Shown piece by piece: positions 1 through 12,001 of a DNA stretch of 64,000 nucleotides. Made by a program: the position numbers and the translations under genes. Source of the DNA: Paraspadella gotoi (taxonomy: Eukaryota; Animalia; Chaetognatha); the NCBI GenBank assembly GCA_051294375.1, contig CM119266.1, positions 27,419,017-27,483,016 on the forward strand, in the 5' to 3' direction. How positions within the stretch are numbered: position 1 is the first letter of the stretch; each line of letters opens with the position of its first letter. The notes below the pieces were generated by a model. The model saw nothing but the letters and a program-made list of their open reading frames with translations, ran no database searches and was not told the origin of the DNA.

Positions 1-1450
1 AACTTGTTTAAAATTTTTTTTAACTCGTATAATTTTTTCAATTTACATCATTTTTACAATTTGCATCATTTTTTTTAACTAGCATCATTTTTTCAACTTG
101 CATCATTTTTTCAACTTGCATAATTTTTTTAACTTGCATAATTTCTTCAACTTGCATCATTTTTTCAACTTGCATAATTTTTTCAACTTGCATCATTTTT
201 TCAACTTGCATAATTTTTTTAAATTGTATCATTTTTTCAAATTAATTAATTAATTAATTAATTAATTAATTAAAACATTTATTAGTAATCATAAATAAAA
301 AAGATTCAAGAAAATGTGAATTATGTTTTTTCCATTTAAACTCATTTCCACAGGCACAATTTCGTCAAAACTTTATATCTCGCTTCTTCACACACTTTCC
401 TTTTCAATCTATTAATTCAATTATGATTAATTCGAGTAATTATGGGTTAAAATAAGTAACATTGCAGGACTAACAAGATCGTGAAAACAAAAAGATTCAA
501 GTAAATGTGACTCATATTTTTTTATTTAAACGTACGTTTCCACCGAAACTTTGTATCAAGCTTCGTCACACACTTTCCTACCCACACACAAAATTTCAAC
601 TAAATCTATTCATCATTATGATTAAATAGAGTATTTATTGGTTAAAATAAGTAAAAAGATTTTTTAGTAAATGCAACTTATGTTTTTTCCATTTAAACTC
701 ATTTCCACTCGTACGATTCCATCGAAACTTTATATCCAGCTTCATCTCACACTGTCCTACCCACACACAAAATTTCATTCCAATCTAACCAGCCAATCAC
801 GAGTTATTGGAGCTTTTTGCTAAGATGGGACGGATGGACGGATTGATTGACTAATTAATTAGTTATTGATTAATTAATTGACTAATTTATTAATTAACTG
901 ATTAATAATTTGATTTATTAATACATCCTTCATTTAGTGAAACAGGTTTTTTTTTTTCCATTTTAACTCATTTCCACTCAAACGATTCTATCGAAACTTG
1001 ATTTCCAGCTTAATCACACACTTCCCTACGCAAATACAAAATTTCAAGTCAATCGCCCTATCCACTCTTGAGTAATTGGTGTTCAAATAGTGAAATTTAT
1101 TTTTTTATTTTTTCCATTTAAACTCATTTCCACTCGGACGATTCCATCGAAACTTCATATACAGCTCAATCACACACTTCCCTACCCACACACAAAATTT
1201 CATTCCAATCCATCCATCCAATCACGAGTAATTTGAGTTTTTTGCTAAGTTGGAACGGACGGACGGACGGACGGACGGACGGACAGACAGACAGACAGAC
1301 AGACGGACGGACATCATTTTTTATTTATCATAAGTCGATGTTCTGACATGATATAAGTGAGTGCCCGACAAGATTGAGGGGGCGGACCGACGGACCGACA
1401 AAGTGAATTATAGAGTCGGGATCTGCTGATAAGAGTGAGAGATTCAGACT
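1..1450 (-). mobile_element. Non-autonomous Helentron/DINE-1-like (HINE) element, copy A, truncated by the window edge, with internal tandem units
   Basis: Shares the GGAC/AGAC tetranucleotide tract (1255-1312) and the end block ACATCATTTTT...GGACCGACAAAGTGAATTATAGAGTCGGGATCTGCTGA with copies at about 15390-15730 and 44210-44390. An internal ~180-bp unit (TTTTTCCATTTAAACTCATTTCCAC...CACACTTTCCTACCCACACACAAAATT) repeats about 5 times at 300-1250. Confidence 0.65.
33..240. repeat. ~18-bp minisatellite (TTGCATCATTTTTTCAAC)n inside the HINE
   Basis: Directly visible. A second array lies at about 14095-14250 in copy B. It explains the repetitive 38..232 ORF. Confidence 0.9.
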
Positions 1451-1881
1451 TAAGATTTTTTTATTTCGATATGGTTCATAAAAATTCAAATTTTACATAG
1501 TAAAAAGTCGATTATTAAATTTAAAATGATACATATAAAACGTCAATGACTTTTCTAACTAATAAAACAATCAGATTGAATGTACATATCTAAATACATA
1601 CAGAAATGGGAACGATTTTATTAGTGCCTTCCGTTCTAGGTCACGGGGTACATGATTCAAAATTTTCAGGCCTTCACGTTTGTTTTGTTATTATTTACGA
1701 CATGAACTCTTGACCTCGGAGCGAGAGAAAATATAAAGGAAATCAACAGTAGTATTCCCGTGAATGCTCCCTGCTCACTTTAACCCTAACGGTGACCTTT
1801 TGAACCTTGAATTAAATTGAATGTTTTTAAAATCAACTATATTTTCTTTTTCCATCATCAGATTATTTTACCATCTCAAAC

Positions 1882-2843
1882 ATGAGGTTTAAAATTCTTC
1901 TCTTCATCTCATTTTTCACCGTAATTTTCGTTTCCCTTTTGTTCGTCCACTTCGAGTTGAACTCCCGCGCGCCTCCTACGGCAGATCGACGCACACCAAA
2001 AAAACCCCGCAAACTGATCCTCGTTTGGTCCAAGTCTCTCTCTAAAAATCCCATCGTCGGATTTCCGATCGGCGTCGACGCCTTCGCCGCCGCCAACTGC
2101 CCCGTCGACGCCTGCGAAACGACGACGACGCGGAGTCGATTCTCGGAGGCCGACACCGTCGTCTTCTTCTCTCGAGACCTTTACTACTATCGATCCAAGA
2201 ACCCCGAGTCGCTCGTCCGCGGATACGACATGCCCCAATCCCACCCGGCTCACCAACGGTGGGTCTACTACATGCAAGAGTCGCCCGTCCACACTTTCCT
2301 CAATCTCGGCCCCTTTCGCGACGTCTTTAACTGGACCATGACTTACCGACGCGACAGCGACATACCCGTGCCCTTCGGGCGGTTCCGCGAGCGGAATTGC
2401 GTAGCGAACGGGACTTGCCCGTCGGAGGGGACGAGAGATTACGCGAGGAACAAGACTGGCCTCGTCGCTTGGTTCGTCTCCAATTGCAAGACGAATTCAC
2501 GGCGAGAAAATTTCGTGGATGACTTAAAAAAATACGTGGACGTTCACATATACGGCGCATGTGCTAAGAGAAAGTGTCCGAAGGTCATCTTTAGCGGATC
2601 CGCGCCTTGCTACGAGATGCTCAAAAGCTACAAGTTTTATTTGTCGCTGGATAACTCCATCTGTCGGGACTACATGACGGAGAAGACGTGGACGATCCTC
2701 TCCAACACAACGGCCGTACCGCTGGTGCGTTCCGGTGGCTTCGACGAGGCTCTCTTGCCGCCCGGCGCCGTCATCGACGCTAACAATTTGACGCCGAAGG
2801 AGCTCGCGGAGACTTTAAAGCAGATCGACGCAGACGACGCCAG
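1882..2843 (+). CDS. Alpha-1,3/4-fucosyltransferase (glycosyltransferase family 10), coding exon 1 of 2
   Basis: N-terminal type II membrane anchor and GT10 motifs WVYYMQESP, FNWTMTYRRDSDIPVPFG, VAWFVSNC, VHIYGAC and YKFYLSLDNSICRDYMTEK. GC-rich codon usage. Donor AG|GTGAGG at 2843/2844 (phase 2). Confidence 0.95.
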
Positions 2844-3066
2844 GTGAGGCGGTTGACGCCGGGTAAGTGGCACGCCAGAATTCATCTCATAATCTTGAAA
2901 TTTTTTTATAACATTATTTTAGTAAATTCATAAATTTATTATAAATAAACTTGTTTAAAATAAAAATTGTAAATGTATATAGTAGAAATTTTATAAACAA
3001 GGTTATAAATTTTATAATCAAATTTTATAAGCAATTACTCAATCTCCTTATGCCGATTCTCTTCAG

Positions 3067-3262
3067 GTACAACGCCTTTCACGACTGGCGCCGACGCTAC
3101 GAAGTTTTCGGCGTCCATTCTCGCAACGTGGCTCGCGCTTGGTGCGACCTCTGCGCCGCGTTGCACGACGACACTCTCCCGCGTAAATCTTATCGAGACT
3201 TGAGACAATTTTGGTCCAAAGAAAAGGACTGCCTGATCAAAGTCGATCCGCAGTTGACGTGA
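3067..3262 (+). CDS. GT10 fucosyltransferase, terminal exon (spliced product 385 aa)
   Basis: Acceptor TTCTCTTCAG| at 3066. The phase-2 join gives DDAR-YNAFHDWR..., then the GT10 C-terminal WCDLC and 'YRDLRQFW' motifs. Stop TGA at 3260-3262. Confidence 0.92.
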
Positions 3263-3565
3263 AGACTTTAAGTTTTTAGGATTTACCTTTCAAATGCGTC
3301 ATTTAATAAGTTTAAGAATTACTCCACAAAACATATCAAACTGGAGTCGCGTTTTAATACATTTTTTTGTCTCTTTTTTCTCCTCTTCTCCACTACGTAT
3401 AAATTAAATTATATAAAATATCGTTATATCTTGATATAATGCCGTTTGGAAAAATAGGATTTGAAAAATTACCAATATCTAGTAATACACTGGAAATCTT
3501 TCCGACTAAAAATCTGACGTCACAAAATTGAAGATATTATTTCGTTCCCATTTTTTTCCATTGAC

Positions 3566-3612
3566 ATTATATATTATATTATATTATATTATATTATATT
3601 ATATTATATTAG
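3566..3612. repeat. (ATTAT)n pentanucleotide microsatellite
   Basis: Directly visible. Confidence 0.9.
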
Positions 3613-3712
3613 GTTGAAATTCTTAAGAAAAAAATATATTTTTAAAAATTTTTATAAAGAATACGAACGAAATTTTGGTAGGTAGGGGCGAAAAGAGAAG
3701 ACGGTTCCTCAC

Positions 3713-3961
3713 CGCGTAATGCAAGGGAACATCCTTGTTGCTGTCCCTGTGATTGACGTCGGCTCCGCTCCGCAGCAAAAGGTCCACCATCTTGAGACTA
3801 TTTCCGTTGGCGGCCAGAATGAGGCAAGTGTCGCCGCCGCTGAAAGGACTTACAGCGGTGGCGACGGTGGCGGCGCCAAACTCCGCCATCAGGGCCTCTA
3901 CTTTAGCGACCCATCCGTTGCGGCATTTCCGGAAGAGGCCGGACTCGGTCCAGTCCAGGGT
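3713..3961 (-). CDS. Internal exon of an ankyrin-repeat protein (83 codons, phase 0-0)
   Basis: Translation GDTCLILAANGNSLKMVDLLLRSGADVNHRDSNKDVPLHYA matches the ankyrin consensus. Acceptor CTGCAG| at 3962 and donor GCG|GTGAGG at 3712. GC-rich against AT-rich flanks. Confidence 0.8.
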
Positions 3962-4017
3962 CTGCAGGATTTGTAAGGGGCTTGGGTTTTGATCGCGTTG
4001 GTTGCTCCTTTGTTGAC

Positions 4018-4078
4018 TATGAAATTGGTACAACCAATATAAAAATTATCCATTCATTCAATAAATAAGTTATCTTGC
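4018..4078 (-). repeat. Truncated copy of the 187-bp dispersed element
   Basis: TATGAAATTGGTACAACCAATATAAAAATTATCCATTCATT is identical to the sequence from 17977 onward. Confidence 0.85.
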
Positions 4079-5599
4079 TATATTTTTTACCCTAAGCCGT
4101 GAAGCTGTGAAGAGGGCTTGGATTGAGGTTGCTAACCCCGAAAACGGCATGAAAAAAGTCATAATTTCAAAAAATCCGCTGCATCTCTAATTATGCATTT
4201 TATTTTCTGACATTGTATATTTTTTATATTTGGTTTTTTTTATACCTAAGTTTAGAATGCCTGAGACCTGCTATTGGCACGTTATTGGTAGTAATTGGCA
4301 GTAATTGGCACGTTATTAGCAGACAAATATGGGAGATAGCGGATTGGTTGAAAATTAAATTAAGGATTGGTCGTTTTTTAATTAGTATCAGAAAAAAAAA
4401 TTCGCTAAAAATACTATTAAGAACCTTAGATTCAGAATCCGCGGCGAACATCGAAATAGCAAAAAGAACCGTTATATTTCGAAAATAACGTTGCAGATTT
4501 ATAAGGACCATATTTAAATACGATTAAATATATATAGACAAAAAAAGTCTCATCGGAAAAAAAGTAACGATGAAAGTTTAAGGCTCAAATTAAAAGTAAA
4601 AGTGAATCCGGATTCTAATCGAATTAAATCCTTTGACCCGCAGAGTTTGAAATCGAGAAAAGCTGATCGCGTTGTAAAAACAAGTGGGCAATGACTACAT
4701 TAGGATTTATTATTGTTTTGGAAGATTCATGCTGTATTCTGTAGAGAAAAGTCAAATCTTTTTTAAAAGAGGCAATTTTAATCCGAGAGACGATCCATCT
4801 ATCACAGCATAGAATTTACTATTGTAAAGAAAGGGAAAAATCACCAAAATATAGCATACAATTTCTTCTACCGTTGGGTGTGGTGAACATTATAATTTAT
4901 TATGATATTATAATTTATAAATTTTATTTTCAACCTCGGTTGTCTTTTGTTTATTTTTTTTGCCCTGCCATTGTTTTCAAGTGAAATCTGCGAGGGGAAG
5001 CACTTGTTTCTTTCTATGAACCGATGCTGTGGACAAACAAATGATCATGACACTTTGGAAAATATAAAAGTTGCGTCCGACAGTGGTCTTTCGTATAATG
5101 GCCCGGGTAATAAAATACAAAAAAGATATTTCTCAGGATAAGGCGCTAGACTAGTATCAACAGGTTCTTCCTCCCGGCTGGAGGCGTCGCTCAGCCCACT
5201 GTGCGGTTTACGGTTCCTGGTGGTCTTGAGCTGACGGGTTTACTAAATGAACCACCCTGTCACGAGTGGAGAAAGTCTGTGGGAGGTGTTAACCTTAGTA
5301 ATGCCCCCTACATTTCCTTTATTTCCGTTAGTGCTAATCGAATTAATCAGTTTGAGATTTATAATTTAGCGAATTGTATTAAATCGATTTTTATTTTCTG
5401 ACTATTGTCAGAGTTTTTAACCACCTTTTTGTCAGAGGGAGTCGGGCTTTGAAGGAGGGACGTAAGTGACTCCCTTGATGCTCTGAACCCTCTTGCTTTT
5501 ATAGCCCTCAATTTGGTCACGTGACTTGCTGAAGATCTTGTTTTCTTAATAAGTCAATATTTTGCTTTCCTAAGGAGCCAATATTTTGCTTTCTAATTT

Positions 5600-5810
5600 G
5601 CTAAAATTATGCCCAAATAAGGAAATATTTAGCTTTTCCCAAAGCTAATTATTGCTTTAAAATGCCCAAATAAGGTAATGTCTAGCTTTTCCCAAAGCTA
5701 ACACGCCTCTAAAATGCCCAATTAAGGTAATATCTAGCTTTTCCCAAAGCTAACACGCCTCTAAAATGCCCAAATAAGAAAATATCTGGCTTTTCCCAAA
5801 GCAACCAAAT
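5600..5810. repeat. ~52-bp tandem repeat x4 (AAAATGCCCAAATAAGG...AGCTTTTCCCAAAGCTAA)
   Basis: AATGCCC recurs at 5661, 5713 and 5765, with a variant at about 5608. Confidence 0.85.
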
Positions 5811-7948
5811 AATTAATAGTGATTTATAAATAGCAATAAAATTAATACTTAATATAAATATTTTAATGTATTATATATTTTAATCTTTTCTACGTTAATA
5901 ATTGATCTATTTAACATAAAAAAGTCGTCCCCTACTTTTTTATTACACCCTGTATCTAGTTTAAAATTCTGTCTCACTTCCTCGCAACGAATAGACTCGA
6001 TCAGATGATTCACGAGTGTTTCTGGTTTCTGTTCACCGTGTTTCTATGAAACGTTTCTTGTCTATCTCTGCTTTGAAAAAGATTTACACGAATTCGAATA
6101 TTGTTTTTGTTCTTTTGATGTTTAATCGTAAAACTTATATAGATAAGTGTCAAGAAAGAACACCGATTAAAAAAAATAAATTACAGGGAGGTGCAAGAAT
6201 CACCACCGATTACAGAAGGCAACGCATTCAGAGGATACAGGGGGGTTGGGGTAAACGTAGCGAAGGGATTTTAGAGAAAGAAAGAGAGAGAGAGAGGGGG
6301 AGGGAAAGAGAGAAGGGGGATGATTACGAATCGTGTGTGTGTGTTTGTGAGACAGGAGAATGAAGAATATTCAGTTTTTTGATCTAATTCTTTTTGCAGT
6401 ACAGAATGAGAGAGAGAGAGGCATAGAGAGATTGATCGTGAAAAAAAAAAAAAATTCGATCGATATAATTAGCCACCGATTGATTATGTCTTTTTACGGG
6501 CATTCGAAGAATACGAGAAAAGTCATGCGATGGAGAGAGCGAGAGAGTGAGAGGAGAGGAGGAATGAAATAAAGCTCTTCTATGAGAATCCGAGTTTTCT
6601 AGAAGAGAAATAAAAAAAGAATAAGAATAAGTAAAATGGGGAAAAAAATCTAAAACAAAAAATAAACAAAAAACAAACAAACAAAACGAATGCCCGAATC
6701 AAGATTTGTCGCGGCACTGAAATCCGAAAAAAAATGATATAAATGCTTCCGTGAGAGTATGAATAGCGTTGTGGGGGTATGGGATACAGTATCGCGGTTA
6801 GAATTCTTAGATAGAGCTGGTATCTAAGGTACTAACAAAAATCTTGATCATTGGCATAGGGTGTCACAAAAGAAATGAATAAAATCCGAAAGTCGGACAA
6901 ATCGGGAGGACATTATTTACTATTTACGGTTATGATTTTTATCGTCATTGTAATTTGTATTTCGACATAAATCGAGTCTCTCTAGATATAATACCATAAA
7001 TACCATATTTGGTGAAAAGTTGTTTGTTTTTTTTTTTTAATATTGATATAGGGGAGGGAATAGAGTATAAAATCATACACGATCGTATCGAATGTGAGAA
7101 ATAAGGTACGTCTAGGTTTTTGTATATCATCGTGAGGCGTCGTAATGAAGAGAAGTGAAAGGATTTTACTATAAATCGTTTTTTAATTATTATCTCTATT
7201 TTTTTATTATTTAGTTTCAATCCATAGCTTTTGATACTCCGGGAGAGGAGAATAGATATAAAAATACACTAAGCGAAGTTTTTTTGTTTTTTTTTTAGTT
7301 TTTTTTTTTGCGGGAAGATTTCCCTGGGATTTTGTGGGTAACTTAAAAAATTAATACGACCATCCTGGTATAGTACGAGTCGTTCCCTCGCATTTGTACT
7401 CGCGCGTGTTCGTACTCGGCGCGGTCGAGCGTGATGCACGCATCGATCCCTTTAGTTTAGCGGACACAGCGATTAATTTTCACCGGCACTCCCTCTAGAA
7501 AACTGTGTGATCTTGAATGTGTGAATGTGAATGTGGCTCCCTTGGCGCAATGGTTAATGAATTTTAAAATGCGCCAAATGACTGAAAGAAAATGTTTTCT
7601 TTCGGGAAAAAAGCGGGATTTGCGCGGTTCGATTTTGGTTTTGGTTTTGGCAACTTTTATACATTTTTTTTGCAGGGACGATATATTCAAATAGAGGGTA
7701 CGACCAAGTTAAAAGTATCTTTACCAAGATGATGAAAAAGATAGAGAGATAAAACCCTTTTTTTTCTGTCTTACTAAGTACGAATACAAACTTGATACAA
7801 ACTTTGTCTCGATAACATCAGTGCTACAAGCAAAACAAGATTTTGGTTCTGTTGAGGGACGCAGGCGAGATTACGATTTGGGGGGGGCAGAGGGATCGAG
7901 AACAGGCGGAGACTCACTAAGTGAGAGAGAGAGAAGAGAGAGAGAGAG

Positions 7949-7989
<41 letters not shown>

Positions 7990-8112
7990 AGGGAGGGAGA
8001 GAGAGAGAGATAAAACACTTAAACAAACAAGCGCACGGGCGAGCTTTTCGGACAAGTAGCAAGGAGAGAGACAGAGGAGATCCCTCCTGCAATCGAGGCG
8101 GAGAGAGAGAGA

Positions 8113-8189
<77 letters not shown>

Positions 8190-8386
8190 GAGAGAAAGAG
8201 AGAAAGAGGGAGAAAGGAGAGTCAAAGAGACACGTGACTTTGATGGCATTTTTTTCTCTTTTAGGTTCGCAGAAAAAAATTCAATTTTCTTTGTTGCACA
8301 AAAAAATAGCAGCAACGACGGAAAAAAGAAAGCCAAGTTTAATCATGAGAGCCATTCTGCAGTCACCAATAAAAAGGAAAGAGAGA

Positions 8387-8435
<49 letters not shown>

Positions 8436-9713
8436 AAAGAAAACAAAAATCATGCAGGAAACGCTCAGCGGCTATAATGACTCAAAGAAAAATCCAAAGC
8501 GGACAAATTTTATATTTTTCGAAACCAATATTATAAAAAAAATTTATATATATTTCGGGATGTCAGAAAGATTTTGGGGCAGGGGGAATTTATGTAGTCA
8601 GAGTTTAAAAAGATAAATTTTCGTCGTTTCGAGAAAAAGATACAAAAAATAAATGAGGCGAGAGAGAAAGAGAGAAAAAGACGATTAATTATACAAGTTT
8701 GATTTTTTGTTCGGCAATTTTCCGGATAATGTACAGATTTTGTTAGTCTCGAAAAAATAGGGGGAGGGAATTTTTACCCACGATTTAGAAAAAAATCGGG
8801 AAAAGAAAGCGAAAAAAGGGGACTTTTTAATGTTTGATAATCACACAAAAAGAAGCGGTTACACCTGCCTCATTTTCGAGGACACAAAATAATTAAATAA
8901 TAAAAATTAAAATAAAAAAAGAGAAAATTCCGCTTGGACGAAAAAGCGGATGCTTTTATGTACGAAGTGAATCGGATAGGGAATTAGGGTCGAAGGAGTT
9001 CGCTCAACGAAGGAACACGAAATATTTTTTTTGCGAACACGATAGAGTTTTTGTTTTGTTTGCGAACATAAGTTGCGAACATAAGTTGCGAACGCACTGG
9101 ATTTGTGAACGGTGAGAGTTGCGAACGCTCGCGCGGAAGGAAATCGCCGACGAAAAGGCGACGTGATACAATGTCGAAGTTAAAGTCTCGTCAGGTCGTC
9201 GGGGTCAAAGGTCAAAAGATGAATGGGGCCAGCCTGACAAATCGTTCGTGATGATACGGACACTTTTTCCTTGTTTCTCGGGAATTAAATTTAAAATTGT
9301 TTCCCCTAAATTTGAATAGCATTGACTATTTCCCGTTCAGTCGCGTCTCCTCGAAATACGCTCTTTTCCTTTTAAGGTCTAAGCTCGCTAGCTGAAAAAA
9401 AAAATGCCGTCAGATGGTCTCGTCGTGATCGCGATTTTCCATTTTCTGAATCCGTCAGATGTCCTCGCTTTCAAAATTCGAGAGAGAGAGAAAAAAGAAG
9501 AAGCAAACCCCGCGTTAGAGTCGAGGCGCATCGTCGCTCAATTATAAAGGAAAAAACAAAAAATGTAAACAACAACAAAAAAAGACCTAGATTAAAATAA
9601 AATCTATCTACGTCAACCTCGTCTCATTTTTTAGGCTACGGAATTTTTAGTCGTCATCATCGTCCCAAGTCTTTCGTCGTTGTCGTCGTCGTCGTCGTCA
9701 CCGTTCGACGTCG

Positions 9714-9926
9714 TCATTTGTCGGCGTTGTCGGTCTTGCTCCTCTTCCCTCTCCCGGCGCTCTTGGCCGAGGACGCCGGTGGCGGCGATGACTTGGTCGT
9801 CGTCGTCGACGTCGCCGCCGTCGTCGTCGTCGACGCCGTCGTCGTCGTCGTCTTCTCCGTCGGCGAAGTCTTTTGAGTTTGATCCGCGTCGGAGGATCGT
9901 CCGTTCTTCTCCATCAGCTCTATCTC
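9714..9926 (-). CDS. Terminal exon of an uncharacterised two-transmembrane protein (Thr/Ser-rich tail)
   Basis: Strong acceptor CCCTCCTCTTTTCTCTCAG| at 9927. The phase-0 join with the upstream exon reads EIELMEKNGRSS...DNADK*. GC-rich. Confidence 0.55.
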   Translation of the reverse strand, partial: EIELMEKNGRSSDADQTQKTSPTEKTTTTTASTTTTAATSTTTTKSSPPPASSAKSAGRGKRSKTDNADK

Positions 9927-10017
9927 CTGAGAGAAAGAGGAGGGAAGGGTCGGCGAAAGGGGGGGGGGCGTTTTAATTTTTATAATCTTTTTTAATTCCT
10001 TTTACGGTTTTATTTTT

Positions 10018-10140
10018 AACTTGCAGAGTGTACTTGCAAGAGGGACGGAGGCCCTGACTCACCAGCCTGTCTAGTGACATGGAAAGACAAAATAGCCAAT
10101 TTATTTAACGAATGGATAATTGTTACAATTTTATACCATA
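10018..10140 (+). repeat. Diverged relative of the 187-bp dispersed element (intronic)
   Basis: CTTGCAAGAGGGACGGAGGCC...CCAGCCTGTC...GAATGGATAATT...TACCATA aligns by eye with 11310-11422. Confidence 0.6.
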
Positions 10141-10412
10141 ATTCGGGTTACCGTCAACCCTTCTCTATATTTATGTTCCAATCACCATAACTTTCATCGT
10201 TATTTAGTAAATATCAATATTGTAGCTTAACGAATGAAATCAAATCACATTGATCCACAACTTAATTGAGTAGTTTATTTCATATCAAAAATTTTATACA
10301 GTTACACACATCAACGCAATTAAATCTAACCCTCCCCAAACAGAAAAAGTATAATACTAAGATATAATAATATAATAAAATAATATAAATAAACATGATA
10401 TATATAAAATAC

Positions 10413-10829
10413 CTTAATCGAGACCGATTTGCCCCCTCCGGCTCCGTTTCCCGCCTTTCCTCCCCCTCCTCCTACTCCTCCTTCCTCCCCCTCCTCCTCA
10501 TCCCCAGCAGCTGCCGCCGCGGCAGCCTCAGCGTCGATAACTTCTTTTGTCTTAGCACTTTGAATGAGGACGAAGCTGCCCGCCGTCAGAAAGAAGCCGA
10601 CTAGGATGATGAAAGTGTATTGGAAGACTTTGGCGTCGCCTTGCTCGCCCTTGAGCGACGCCGCCACCACTACCACTATCCCAGTCACGCAGAGCCCGAG
10701 GCCGACGAAGACGCCCAGAAAGCCGAACCACCGGGCGGGGCCGGTGGACCGGAAGACGGAAACGCCCATGGGGGCGTCGCCGGGATCCTTTATCATGCGG
10801 ATGCGCTTCGATTGACGCGGGACCTGCAT
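10413..10829 (-). CDS. First coding exon of an uncharacterised protein with two predicted TM helices
   Basis: ATG at 10829. Hydrophobic segments WFGFLGVFVGLGLCVTGIVVVVAASL and VFQYTFIILVGFFLTAGSFVLI, then an acidic/Gly-rich linker. Donor AAG|GTATTT at 10412. GC-rich, non-microsatellite sequence. Confidence 0.7.
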
Positions 10830-11235
10830 CTTTGCTCTTTTCTTTTCTTTTTTTTTCTTCTTTTTTTTTAATGGTTTTAAATTTTTATCTTTTTCCTTTT
10901 TGTTTTGTTTTTTTTTTCTACTTTTTTTCAATGCGGCTTAGATTTTTTTTGTGTCCTTCACCCGATCGTTAATACTAATTTTTTTTTCAGGTAAAGCTAT
11001 ATTTTTTAGTATCGGGTGGTTAAAATGATATCCTTATCTCGCGCTTTAGTTTATCACTATTTTATTTATTTATTAAGGAATATTCAATTATCCTTCAATT
11101 CTCAACATTTCTATACAATGAAAATGTAAATAAAGTAATCCAATTTGCAAGTTGCATGACGGTAGTAATTAAATTATAATAGTATATTTACTTTAAAAGT
11201 CTTCTCCGTCGGATAATATCTCAAAAAAATAAAAA

Positions 11236-11422
11236 TACTCTGGGAGTGAATAAACGAGACTGTGAGAGAGTCTTGATTGAAAGCTTGCAGGGACCTGCTA
11301 TGTCATTATCTTGTAAGAGTGATGGAGGCCTTAAACCACCAAAGCCTGTCCAAAGTCAGGGGCAAGATAGCTTATTTATTAAATGAATGGATAATTTTTA
11401 TATTGGTTGTACCAATTTCATA
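11236..11422 (+). mobile_element. 187-bp dispersed element, near-identical to the inverted copy at 17977-18163
   Basis: Direct comparison shows the same length and both ends coincide (TACTCTGGGAG...AATTTCATA). About one mismatch seen. Confidence 0.8.
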
Positions 11423-11963
11423 AAATATAATTAGTTTTAAGGCATTTCTTATGAAAGTTATGATTATATGTCCAGATTTTAACCACCCGTTACTTTTCCG
11501 ATATAATTATTGTTTTCTTTTTTTTTTAATTAAAGCTCTCCAAATGCTGTTTGTAGGGGGAGCGAGAATTAAAGTGAATTATAGCAAAAAAAGTTATTAA
11601 ATATAATTATACGAGTGAACCGATGATTTCTCGGTGCGTCGTGCGTGGAGGTAAAAGTTTAAAGGAATTTATTTTTCGAATATTTCGTGGTGAAATGTAC
11701 GTATACTGTATTTTCCGTATTGAAAAAAAAAAAAAATTTGTTTCAAAAATGTAAATTGGGTGAGAGAATAAAGATAGTTAATTCTTCTTTGTTGTTGTTG
11801 TTGTTGTTGTTCGTGAACGATATTCCAGTCGTGACTTCGATTGTGAAGTTTCTACTTCGTTGTGATCGGCGGTTGCAAGCCTCTCCTAAGATCTAAGGCT
11901 AAGTACGTACTTCGTGAGAGTTATACTAAGATTTCGGGAGAGAGAGAAGGAGAGGGAGTGAGC

Positions 11964-12001
<38 letters not shown>

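Noticed and set aside
1863-2885. Antisense ORFs overlapping the fucosyltransferase
   Set aside because: Shadow ORFs of GC-rich coding sequence.
5944-5954. TACACCCTGTA mariner-like terminus
   Set aside because: No matching partner TIR was found in the window.
7774-8536. ER/SL-repeat ORFs (also at 12.7, 17.5, 19.5, 39.3, 40.0 and 44.5 kb)
   Set aside because: (GA)n/(CT)n microsatellites.
11360-11422. FYIGCT in the 187-bp element suggesting GIY-YIG
   Set aside because: It is preceded by a stop and lacks the GIY half and the downstream Arg/Glu residues. Likely chance.
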